Shown here: one piece after another, positions 1-8,699 of the stretch
Position numbering within the stretch: the first letter of the stretch is position 1
Layout of the letters: the number at the start of each line of letters is the position of its first letter
Assembly: GCA_965262725.1 (NCBI GenBank)
Contig: OZ253555.1
Coordinates: 192,001-256,000, forward strand
Direction of reading: 5' to 3'
Length of the DNA: 64,000 nt
Source of the DNA: Dehalococcoidia bacterium
Lineage (GTDB): Bacteria > Chloroflexota > Dehalococcoidia > UBA2979
Notes under the pieces: model-generated
The model's input: the letters and a program-made list of their open reading frames with translations, nothing else
Told to the model about the DNA's origin: nothing
Databases searched by the model: none
Made by a program: the position numbers and the translations under genes

Positions 1-335
1 GCACCCGCTCGCAGAGGAGACGCTCTCCTCCCTGGAGGGTGCGAGAGGGAGCGGGCCGGCGGACGCGTCTGGGGGGTGAGGGCTGGCCCCGGCGGGGCGG
101 GGCGGAGCGCTTGCAGCCGGCTCGGGGCGCGCCCGGCGCGCCGCGCCCCGGCCGAACACCCGAGGGGGCGGAGATGGTGCCGCTCCGGTCGCAGGCTCGA
201 GCCGCTCCCCGGGTGATACGCAGCGCGGGATACGGGGAGCCTTCCGTGCGCGTGAGGGTTACGCTAGACTAGGTGGCGTTCCGGCGTAGCCTCTCCTTGT
301 GAGGCTTCCGAGCAGCCTGCGCAAGGAGCCGCAGC

Positions 336-2366
336 ATGTCTGCCGCAGCACCCACCCGACCGGCTACGTCACATCAGCCCCGGAGACGGCGCCGGGCGCC
401 GACGCTGGTGCGTCTCTCCGGGCGGGCGTTCCACTACCGCGACCTGATGCTGGCGGCGTCGCTCTCGCTCGCCGCCTCGGGCGTGCTCGTTCTGATCGGG
501 CCGCGCATCGTCGGCATCGCCATCGACACCGGCCTCGCCATCGACGACGAGGGGGGAGTGGCGCGGGGCACCGTCGCCTCCGTCGGCATCGCCTCGGTCG
601 TCCTGATCATCGCCGCCGTGGTGCGTGGCGGCTCCATGTTCGGGCAGACTTATCTCGGCGAGCGCATCTCGCAGTCGGTCGCCTACGACCTGCGCAACGA
701 GATCTACGACCGGTTGCAGCGCCTCTCCTTCGCCTACCACGATCAGGCGCAGATCGGCGACGTCATGTCGCGCGCGACACAGGACGTGGAGGGCGTCCGG
801 TTCTTCGTCTCGATGGGTCTCCTGCGCAGCGCCTACGTACTCGTGCTCGTCGTCGTCGCGGCGGCTTTGATGTTGACGACCCACGTGGGGCTCGCGCTGG
901 TGGCGCTCGCCTTCGTCCCCATCGTCGCCACGCAGTCGATCCTCGTGTCGATGCATCTGCGTTTGGTGTGGCTCCGCGTGCAGCAATTGCAGGGAGACCT
1001 CGGCGTCGTGCTGCAGGAGAATCTCTCCGGGCAGCGCGTCGTGAAGGCGTTCGCGCGCGAACGCTACGAGCAGACGAAGTTCGACGCCGTCGCCCGGAGT
1101 CTCTACGACGAGTCCTACCGCACGAGCCGCATCCAGGCCTTCAACGAGCCGGCGCTGCTCTCGCTGTGGCTCATCTCGCTGGCGGTGGTCTTCTGGATCG
1201 GGGGCCAGGAGATCCTCGCCGGTCGGCTCACCGAGGGGCAGCTCATCGAGTTCCTGCTCTACCTCACGCTGCTGCAGGTCCCCGTGCGCTCCGTCGGCTT
1301 CATCGTGATGATGGCGTCGCGGGCGCGCTCGGCCGGCGAGCGCATCTTCGAGATCGTGGACGCAGAGTCGCCGGTCACGGAGCGCCCCGGCGCGACGGCG
1401 CTCCGCGCCGAGCGCGGCGAGGTGCGCTTGGAGGGGGTCTCGTTCCGCTACGAGGGATTGCTTCCCGGTATCGCTCCGACCGATCCCGGCCCGGCTGGCG
1501 AGGCGCATCCTGAGACCGGCGCCCGCGCGGCGGTGCTGCGCGAGATCGACATCGTCGCGAGGCCCGGCGAGATCGTGGCGCTGCTCGGGCCCACCGGCTC
1601 CGGCAAGAGCTCGATCGTCAACCTCATCCCGCGCTTCTACGACGTGACGGGGGGGCGCGTCACGATCGACGGGCAGGACGTGCGGGACGTGACGCTCACG
1701 TCGCTGCGGGAGGCGATCGGCATCGTCCAGCAGGACCTCTTCCTCTTCGCCGCCACCATCCGCGAGAACATCGCCTACGGTCGCCCGGACGCCACCGACG
1801 AGGAGGTGCGGGCGGCCGCGCGGGCCGCGCACATTCACGAGTTCATCGAGAGTCTTCCCGACGGCTATGACAGCTGGGTCGGCGAGCGCGGCGCGACGCT
1901 CTCCGGCGGCCAGCGCCAGCGCGTGGCGATCGCCCGCACGCTGCTGCTCGACCCGCGCATCCTCGTGCTCGACGATTCGACCTCCTCGGTCGACATGCGC
2001 ACCGAGTTCGAGATCCAGGAGGCTCTCCAGGCGCTGATGCGGGGCCGGACCACCTTCGTCATCGCGCAGCGGCTGCGCACCGTGAGGCAGGCCGACCAGA
2101 TCCTCGTCCTGAATCAGGGCGAGATCGTGCAGCGCGGTCGCCACGAGGAGCTCCTGGCGGAGGGTGGCTTCTACGGCCAGATCTACGACCTGGAACTCCG
2201 CGCGCAGGATGAGGCCGCCGTCCCGGTCGCGGACTCCGGGAACGGGACTGCCAGCAGCGCCGGAAATGGCTCCGGCAGCAGCTCCCCGCAGAGCGGCGGC
2301 GGAGCCCGCTCCGAAGGCGGCGCCGCTCGCGAAGGCGGCCGGCCTGCGGTGCGGGAGGGTCGCTGA
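336..2366 (+). CDS. ABC exporter permease/ATP-binding subunit (degenerate-site half of a heterodimer)
   Basis: TM domain plus NBD: GPTGSGKS, LSGGQ, Walker B LDDS (D for catalytic E), switch AQR (Q for H). Confidence 0.92.
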   Translation: MSAAAPTRPATSHQPRRRRRAPTLVRLSGRAFHYRDLMLAASLSLAASGVLVLIGPRIVGIAIDTGLAIDDEGGVARGTVASVGIASVVLIIAAVVRGGSMFGQTYLGERISQSVAYDLRNEIYDRLQRLSFAYHDQAQIGDVMSRATQDVEGVRFFVSMGLLRSAYVLVLVVVAAALMLTTHVGLALVALAFVPIVATQSILVSMHLRLVWLRVQQLQGDLGVVLQENLSGQRVVKAFARERYEQTKFDAVARSLYDESYRTSRIQAFNEPALLSLWLISLAVVFWIGGQEILAGRLTEGQLIEFLLYLTLLQVPVRSVGFIVMMASRARSAGERIFEIVDAESPVTERPGATALRAERGEVRLEGVSFRYEGLLPGIAPTDPGPAGEAHPETGARAAVLREIDIVARPGEIVALLGPTGSGKSSIVNLIPRFYDVTGGRVTIDGQDVRDVTLTSLREAIGIVQQDLFLFAATIRENIAYGRPDATDEEVRAAARAAHIHEFIESLPDGYDSWVGERGATLSGGQRQRVAIARTLLLDPRILVLDDSTSSVDMRTEFEIQEALQALMRGRTTFVIAQRLRTVRQADQILVLNQGEIVQRGRHEELLAEGGFYGQIYDLELRAQDEAAVPVADSGNGTASSAGNGSGSSSPQSGGGARSEGGAAREGGRPAVREGR

Positions 2367-4342
2367 TGGCGTACTGGGGCGGCGGCGGCGCCGCGGGGTG
2401 GTCCGGGGACTGGATGCGCGGCGGCCGTCACGGGCGCACCGACGGCTGGAACTACGAGGAGCTGGGGAAGGTCTACGACCCCTCGGTCCTCAAGCGGCTG
2501 TGGCCCTACATCGTCGCCTTCCGCTGGCAGGCGCTGACCGCGCTCGGCGGGATGCTGGTGTACTCCGTCACCTCCTACGTGCAGCCGTTCATCATGGGGA
2601 TCGCGGTGGGGCGGCTCGCCGACACGGCGCTCACCCTCACCGAGCGCCGCGAAGCGGTGACCACCGCCGGGCTCCTGCTCGTCGCGCTGGCCGCGATCTC
2701 CTGGGGCGCGCAGTGGTCGCAGCGCATCCTCACCGGCTACATCGGACAGCAGCTGCTCTTCCGCCTGCGGCGCGATCTCTTCGCGCATCTCAACAAGCTC
2801 TCGCTCTCCTTCTACGACCGGCAGGAGGTGGGACGGGTCATGTCGCGCGCCACCTCCGACGTGGTCGTGATGCAGGAGCTCATGACATCGGGCTTCCTCA
2901 ACGTGCTGGCCGATCTCTTCGGGCTCGCATTGATCGTCTTCTTCCTCTTCGCGCTCGATCCCATGCTCGCGGTGGTGTCGCTCTCCGTGATCCCGGTGCT
3001 GATGGTGCTGATGGCGATCTGGCAGCGCCACGCGGCGCTCGCCTTCATCCGCGTGCGGCAGGCGATCGCCGTCGTCAACTCGAGCATCAACGAGAACGTC
3101 TCGGGCGTGCGCGTCGTGCAGTCGCTGGGACGCGAGGAGCACAACCTCGACGAGTTCGACCAGCTGAACGAGCGCAATCGCGACCTCAACCTGAGGGCGG
3201 GGAAGCTTCAGGCCGCGGTGATGCCGCTGGTGGAGCTGCTCTCCGCGGTGGCCACGGCTCTCGTTCTGGTCGTGATCGCGATGCGCCTCTTCGGCGGCAC
3301 CATGTCGCCCGCGCTCGCGCTCGGGCACGCCACCGCTTTCACTCTCTACATCCAGCGCTTCTTCAACCCCGTGCGCGACATCGTGCTGCAGTACACGCAG
3401 CTGCAGCGCGCGATGGCCGGGGCGCACCGTGTCTTCGAGGTCCTGGACACGGAGCCGGAGATCGTTGACGCGCCGGATGCCGTGGACCTCCCCGACGTCG
3501 ACGGGCGCGTCGACTTCGACGGCGTCGGCTTCGAGTACGTGCCCGGCATCCCGGTGCTCGAGGACTTCGAGCTGCACGTCGAGCCCGGCGAGACGATCGC
3601 CTTCGTCGGGCACACCGGCGCGGGCAAGACGACCGTGACGGCGCTGGTCAGCCGCTCCTATGACGTCATCCAGGGCTCGATCACCATCGACGGGATCGAC
3701 CTCCGCCACATCCGCCGCGAGTCGCTTCGCAAGCGGATGGCGGTCGTGCTGCAGGAGCCGTTCCTCTTCTCCGGGACGGTCGCGGAAAATATCCGCTACG
3801 GCCGCCTCGACGCCAGCGATGAGGACGTGCGCCGCGCCGCGGAGGCGGTGGGCGCGGCTCCCTTCATCGAGGCTCTTCCCCTCGGCTACGAGATGGCGCT
3901 GCACGAGCGCGGCCAGAACCTCTCGGTGGGGCAGCGCCAGCTCATCGCCTTCGCTCGCGCCGTCGTCGCGGAGCCGCGCATCCTGGTGCTCGACGAGGCG
4001 ACGGCGAACGTTGACACCCACACCGAGCGGACGATCCAGCAGGCGCTCCAGGTGCTGCTCGCGGGCCGCACATCTTTCGTGATCGCGCACCGCCTCTCCA
4101 CGATTCGCCACGCCGATCGAATCGTCGTGATGGACCAGGGCGAGATCGTCGAGATCGGGAGCCACGAGGAGCTTCTGGAGCAGGGCGGGGTCTACGCCGA
4201 CCTCTACCACATGACCTACGAGCGTCATGCGGGCGATGTCGACGAGGACGGCGTCGATGACGAGGACGGCGATCGCGCGCTCGCCGAGCAATCCACGGAC
4301 TGGGGACTCGGCGCTGCGGTCCTCGGCGGCGGGGGTGGCTGA
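2366..4342 (+). CDS. ABC exporter permease/ATP-binding subunit (consensus half of a heterodimer)
   Basis: GHTGAGKT, LSVGQ, LDEA, AHR; TGATG overlap with upstream partner. Confidence 0.92.
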   Translation: MAYWGGGGAAGWSGDWMRGGRHGRTDGWNYEELGKVYDPSVLKRLWPYIVAFRWQALTALGGMLVYSVTSYVQPFIMGIAVGRLADTALTLTERREAVTTAGLLLVALAAISWGAQWSQRILTGYIGQQLLFRLRRDLFAHLNKLSLSFYDRQEVGRVMSRATSDVVVMQELMTSGFLNVLADLFGLALIVFFLFALDPMLAVVSLSVIPVLMVLMAIWQRHAALAFIRVRQAIAVVNSSINENVSGVRVVQSLGREEHNLDEFDQLNERNRDLNLRAGKLQAAVMPLVELLSAVATALVLVVIAMRLFGGTMSPALALGHATAFTLYIQRFFNPVRDIVLQYTQLQRAMAGAHRVFEVLDTEPEIVDAPDAVDLPDVDGRVDFDGVGFEYVPGIPVLEDFELHVEPGETIAFVGHTGAGKTTVTALVSRSYDVIQGSITIDGIDLRHIRRESLRKRMAVVLQEPFLFSGTVAENIRYGRLDASDEDVRRAAEAVGAAPFIEALPLGYEMALHERGQNLSVGQRQLIAFARAVVAEPRILVLDEATANVDTHTERTIQQALQVLLAGRTSFVIAHRLSTIRHADRIVVMDQGEIVEIGSHEELLEQGGVYADLYHMTYERHAGDVDEDGVDDEDGDRALAEQSTDWGLGAAVLGGGGG

Positions 4343-4450
4343 GCCCCTCTCGCTGGCGGCGGCAAAGCACCCGGGCGTACCATGAAAACGAGCGCAGGCT
4401 AGGGCTCCAAGCCCGCGTACGGCCGGCGACTGCAGAGGTGGGGGAGAATC

Positions 4451-4981
4451 ATGGGCGTTCGATCGATCACCCGTGATCCGGAGAACAGGATGATCGCCGG
4501 CGTCTGTGCCGGGATCGGCGCGGCGTACGACGTCAACTTCATGCTCGTGCGCGTGGCGTTCGTCGCGCTGGCGCTGCTCGGGGGCGTCGGGATCGTGGCC
4601 TACATCGCGCTCTGGCTGCTGCTGCCGGCCGCTGGCCGGCAGGAGGCGGATCGCGGCGAGACGGCCCGCGAGAGCGCGGCCGAGATCGCGGATGCCGCAC
4701 GCGTCGCGTCCGGCCACGCCGTGACGGCATCGCGCACGGCGTCCGGCCACGCCGTGGCCGCATCGCGCACGGCGTCGGTCCACGCCGTGGCCGCATCGCG
4801 TACGGCGTCGGTCCACGCCGTGGCCGTGTCGCGTACGGCGTCGGTCCTGGCCGCGAAGACCGCCCGCTCGGCCGCGGCTGCCGTCAGGCGGCGCACCCGC
4901 GCGTCCACCAACGGGAGCGCCTCCGAGGAGGCCGGTCGCCCGGAGGATGAGAAGAACAGCCCGGCGGGTCCGATCCCGTGA
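4451..4981 (+). CDS. pspC: PspC-domain membrane protein with 11-aa repeat tail
   Basis: N-terminal RDPENRMIAGVCAGIG...YIALWLLLP PspC motif. Confidence 0.85.
   Translation: MGVRSITRDPENRMIAGVCAGIGAAYDVNFMLVRVAFVALALLGGVGIVAYIALWLLLPAAGRQEADRGETARESAAEIADAARVASGHAVTASRTASGHAVAASRTASVHAVAASRTASVHAVAVSRTASVLAAKTARSAAAAVRRRTRASTNGSASEEAGRPEDEKNSPAGPIP
4706..4846 (+). repeat. 33-bp tandem repeat, 4 copies plus partial, encoding AS(G/V)HAV(T/A)(A/V)SRT
   Basis: Units start at 4706, 4739, 4772 and 4805. Confidence 0.92.
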
Positions 4982-5433
4982 GCGACGCGCCCGAGGAGGA
5001 GCACGACGCCGAGCGGGAGCGCCTGCTGGGGCTCGTGCGCGTGGCCGCGGTCCCCTTCTGGGATCACGTCGGCATCACGGCCGATGAGGAGACCGCCCAG
5101 GTCGGGCACGTCCGGCTCCAGATGCCGATGCGCCCGGAGCTGGGGACGCGCTTCACCGACGTGATGCACGGCGGCGCGATCTCCACGCTCATCGACGCCG
5201 CCGCTGCGACGTGCAGCTCGACGCTGCAGCGCGAGGGCGACGAGTGGAGCGGTCTCGTCACGACCGATCTGAACGTGAGCTACCTCAACGCGGCGCGGAG
5301 CGACGTCGTGGCGGAGGCCCGCGCGGTCCGGAGCGGGCGGACCATCGCCTTCATCCAGGTCGACGTCCACGACGCGGCCGGGACGCACGTCGCCAGCGGC
5401 CGCGTCACCTACCTGATCCTGCGTCCGCGCTAG
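4978..5433 (+). CDS. PaaI-family hotdog thioesterase
   Basis: MHGGAISTLID motif; TTDLNVSYL. Confidence 0.88.
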   Translation: MSDAPEEEHDAERERLLGLVRVAAVPFWDHVGITADEETAQVGHVRLQMPMRPELGTRFTDVMHGGAISTLIDAAAATCSSTLQREGDEWSGLVTTDLNVSYLNAARSDVVAEARAVRSGRTIAFIQVDVHDAAGTHVASGRVTYLILRPR

Positions 5434-5458
5434 ATCCCCCGGCGCCGGGTTGCCGCCT

Positions 5459-6580
5459 CTACCCCGGGAGGGGGGCACTCTCCGGGTCCGCCTCCACGTC
5501 CCCGTCGCCGCCGGCGAAGAAGAGCGATGCCTGCGCGGTCATCGCCGCGGTGGCCGTGCCCGGGGCGGGCGGCTGCCACGGCAGGTCGAGGTGCTCGTAG
5601 GCGGCGCGCATCGCGACGCGGCCGCGCGGCGTGCGCGCGAGGAAGCCGAGCTTGAGGAGGTAGGGCTCGTACACGTCCATGATCGTGTCGGACTCCTCGG
5701 AGATCGCGGCGGCGATGGTCTCGAGGCCCACCGGGCCGCCTCCGAAGCGCAGGACGACCGCGCGCAGCAGCTCGCGATCCATCTGATCGAGTCCGAGCTC
5801 GTCGATCTGCATCTGCGCCAGCGCCTCACGCGCGACCGGCGCGGTGATCGTGCCGTCCGCCATCACCTCGGCGTAGTCCCGCACGCGGTGGAGGAGCCGG
5901 TTGGCGACGCGGGCCGTGCCGCGCGCGCGGCGCGCGATCTCGCCGACGCCGCCCTCGTCGATAGAGCAGCCGATCACGCCTGAGGAGCGCCGCACGATAT
6001 GGCTGAGCGCGGCCTCGTCGTAGAAATCGAGGCGGTATGCCGCGCCGAAGCGATCCCGCAGCGGCTGCGAGACGAGGGCGAAGCGGGTCGTGGCGCCAAC
6101 GAGCGTGAAGCGGCTGAGGCGGAGGCGCACGTCCCGCGCCTTCGGACCCTTCCCCAGGATGATGTCGACCGAGTAGTCCTCCATCGCCGGGTAGAGCACT
6201 TCCTCGACCGCCAGCGGGAGCCGGTGGATCTCGTCGATGAAGAGGATGTCGCCCGCCTGCAGGCTGGTGAGCAGCGAGGCGAGGTCGCCCGCGCGCTCGA
6301 TCGCGGGCCCCGACGTGATCCGTATCGAGACGCCCATCTCGGCCGCGACGATCATCGCAAGAGTCGTCTTGCCGAGGCCGGGCGGGCCGTGGAAGAGTAG
6401 GTGGTCGAGCGGCTCGTCACGGCCCTGCGCCGCCGTGATCGCGATGCGCAGACTCTCCTTGACCGTCTCCTGTCCGAAGTAGTCGGGGAGCCGCCGGGGG
6501 CGCAGGGAGATCTCGGCGCCCGAGTCCTCAGCCGTGACCGCGGGCGTGAGCGGGCCGGGGCGTTCGTCGCTGGCGGCCAT
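5459..6580 (-). CDS. ruvB: Holliday junction branch migration helicase RuvB
   Basis: [39 protein letters not shown]. Confidence 0.98.
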   Translation of the reverse strand: MAASDERPGPLTPAVTAEDSGAEISLRPRRLPDYFGQETVKESLRIAITAAQGRDEPLDHLLFHGPPGLGKTTLAMIVAAEMGVSIRITSGPAIERAGDLASLLTSLQAGDILFIDEIHRLPLAVEEVLYPAMEDYSVDIILGKGPKARDVRLRLSRFTLVGATTRFALVSQPLRDRFGAAYRLDFYDEAALSHIVRRSSGVIGCSIDEGGVGEIARRARGTARVANRLLHRVRDYAEVMADGTITAPVAREALAQMQIDELGLDQMDRELLRAVVLRFGGGPVGLETIAAAISEESDTIMDVYEPYLLKLGFLARTPRGRVAMRAAYEHLDLPWQPPAPGTATAAMTAQASLFFAGGDGDVEADPESAPLPG

Positions 6581-6591
6581 CGCGTCATGCT

Positions 6592-6609
6592 ACAGAACGC
6601 ACGTTCTGT
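6592..6609. promoter_or_regulatory. LexA SOS box upstream of ruvB
   Basis: ACAGAACgcacGTTCTGT palindrome (AGAAC-N4-GTTCT) abutting a minus-strand -10 TAGCAT at 6587-6592. Confidence 0.85.
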
Positions 6610-6668
6610 GTGCCAGAGGGCGGTCGGGGTCGGCGTCGGAGGCCGCGCTCGCGGGCTGCGACGCCCGG

Positions 6669-7025
6669 CTAGCCGTCCTCGCCCTCGTCGTCCCCCTCCA
6701 CCTCCTCGGCGGGGTCGTGGAGGTAGACGAGGTAGCGGTCGAAGCGCTCCACGAGCAGGACGAGGACGCCCTCCCCGTCGCGCTCGGCGAGGAAGCGCGG
6801 GAGCTCGGCGCCGCGACCCTGGACGAGGAAGGTCTCGCCTCCGTAGTGGAAGCGCTGACCGGCGGCGGTGATGTAGAAGGGGGGCGGACCGACGCGCTCG
6901 TTGAGGGGGAGGACGAAGACCTCGACGCCCTCGTCGGTGATGAGATCCAGATCGTCGAAGCCGACCTCGACGGGCTCGTCGAGATCGCGCTCCGCCTCAG
7001 CCCCCGGCGGCGCCTCCGCCGTCAT
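6669..7025 (-). CDS. Acidic hypothetical protein
   Basis: Host-like codon usage, GGAG RBS and upstream TATGAT -10; no recognised motif. Confidence 0.7.
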   Translation of the reverse strand: MTAEAPPGAEAERDLDEPVEVGFDDLDLITDEGVEVFVLPLNERVGPPPFYITAAGQRFHYGGETFLVQGRGAELPRFLAERDGEGVLVLLVERFDRYLVYLHDPAEEVEGDDEGEDG

Positions 7026-7143
7026 ATCGCGCTCCGTTCAGCCCGTTCGCCAGCGTCGCGCGATCATACGGCGAGAGGGACTCCGCCGCATCCGGGCGAT
7101 TCCCGCCGGGGGAGGTCGGAGGCGGCGCCGTGGCCGGGCGCCC

Positions 7144-7602
7144 CTACGTCGCGGTGCGGCCCCCGCGCCGCAGGTCGACGGCGGCGAGGAGCGCGATCGC
7201 CGTGACCAGGGCCGCCGAGGCCACGCACCAGATGCAGATCGCCTCGATCACGAAGAGTTCGAGGTAGGTGAGGTAGGCCGAGAAGGCGGTACCCGAGAGC
7301 GCCAGGGCGAAACACCACACGCCGAGTACGGGAGGCTCCGCCGCCTGGCCGCCGCGCCAGGGGCCGAGGCGGCGCACCATGCAGAGGGCGGCGAGCGCGG
7401 CGTACATCGCGAGGCCGAGCAGGGCCACCGGGATGCCCGCCAGCTCCGCGTACGCGGAGTCCTGCACGGCACGGCAGTCCCCGACGCCGGAGCACGCCGC
7501 CCCGGTATCCGGGTCGAGCGCGACCCAGCTCAGGTACCCGGCGATCGCAACCCCGAGCAGCGAGAGCGCGATCAGCGCGTCTAGGCGGCGCCTCGGCGTC
7601 AC
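7144..7602 (-). CDS. Vitamin K epoxide reductase (VKOR) family disulfide-bond protein
   Basis: C-x5-C..V..S loop cysteines, TM helices, CIWC motif. Confidence 0.92.
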   Translation of the reverse strand: MTPRRRLDALIALSLLGVAIAGYLSWVALDPDTGAACSGVGDCRAVQDSAYAELAGIPVALLGLAMYAALAALCMVRRLGPWRGGQAAEPPVLGVWCFALALSGTAFSAYLTYLELFVIEAICIWCVASAALVTAIALLAAVDLRRGGRTAT

Positions 7603-7669
7603 GAACCGTATCGCGGCCCCGGTGAGGGGACGGCGCGAAGGCGGCGCCGTCGTCCGGGGTCGGTCCCCG

Positions 7670-8464
7670 TCATCTCTGGGCCAGGGCCTCGCTCACGGCC
7701 TCGCGGTACCTCTCGATCGGGTGCAGGCCCGGTATCAGCTGCGAGCCGATGACCACCGACGGCGTCGACGAAATGCCGGCTGCGCGCGCCTGCCGGTCGA
7801 TGGCCGCGACGTCGCCGCTCTTCTCGCCGGAGTCGAGGCAGGCGTCGAAGCGGGCGAGGTCGAGTCCGCCGACCGCGGCCTCCACTTCGCGCGCGTACTC
7901 CTTGAGTCGGTCCCGCGAGAACGCCCCGGGCGTGTGGGTCGGGCTCTGACGGAGGAAGAGGACGTCGTGCATCTCCCAGAAGCGGCCCTGGTCTTCGGCG
8001 CAGAGCGCGGCCTCGTTTGCGCGCTGGGAGTCGGGGCCGAGCACCATCACGGGCACGTACTCGATCACCGCCTCCCCCGTCTCGATGAACTCGGCGCGCA
8101 GGAGCGGGGCCACCTGCTCGTGGAAGTTGCGGCAGAAGGGGCACTGGAAATCGGAGAATTCGTAGATCCGCACGGGCGCGCCCGGATCGCCCTCGACGCG
8201 CCCCGAGACGGCTCCCCGCTCGAGCGGCTCGTACGGCGCGCCCGAGACTCCGGCCCCGCCGCCCCTCTGGCTGAGGACGACGAGCGCGAGAACGATGATG
8301 ATCGCGCCCGCGATGGAGCCGATCGTCAGAAACCCGCCGAAGGAGTCGACGGTGGCGCGCCAGCCCTGCCGCTGCGCGCCGCCGCGCTGGGGCGCGTCGG
8401 CCGCCGTCGGTCGGCCGGGTGCGCGCCGTCGGCGTCGGCGGCGGCCGGGACCCTCGTGTGCCAT
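7670..8464 (-). CDS. Membrane-anchored DsbA/BdbD-like thiol-disulfide oxidoreductase
   Basis: FSDFQCPFC and STP cis-Pro loop; N-terminal TM; start set at the ATG after a GAGGGGAG RBS. Confidence 0.9.
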   Translation of the reverse strand: MAHEGPGRRRRRRRAPGRPTAADAPQRGGAQRQGWRATVDSFGGFLTIGSIAGAIIIVLALVVLSQRGGGAGVSGAPYEPLERGAVSGRVEGDPGAPVRIYEFSDFQCPFCRNFHEQVAPLLRAEFIETGEAVIEYVPVMVLGPDSQRANEAALCAEDQGRFWEMHDVLFLRQSPTHTPGAFSRDRLKEYAREVEAAVGGLDLARFDACLDSGEKSGDVAAIDRQARAAGISSTPSVVIGSQLIPGLHPIERYREAVSEALAQR

Positions 8465-8699
8465 TGGTCTCCCCTCTTCGTGCGTCTCGCGGACGCCGGG
8501 CCCGCGCGGGCGTTGCCGCCCGGTGCGGTGAGCCTCCTTGCAGCCATCCGCCGGCGCGGCGTCATCGGCGTCGGACGCGCCCGGCGTCGCGGCCTGTGGC
8601 CGCGGGCTCAGGATAGTGTCGGTCGTGATGACGTGGGGGGCACGCGCCGTGCCCCCCCGCGCCGCCCGGATCGGGCTCCGGTCACGCCGGGAGGCGTGC

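Noticed and set aside
1-300. ncRNA or riboswitch in the first 300 nt
   Set aside because: GC-rich hairpins are present but match no family I recognise; probably a divergent promoter region of a gene outside the window.
4706-4846. CRISPR array
   Set aside because: Head-to-tail in-frame coding repeats with no spacers; no cas genes in the window.
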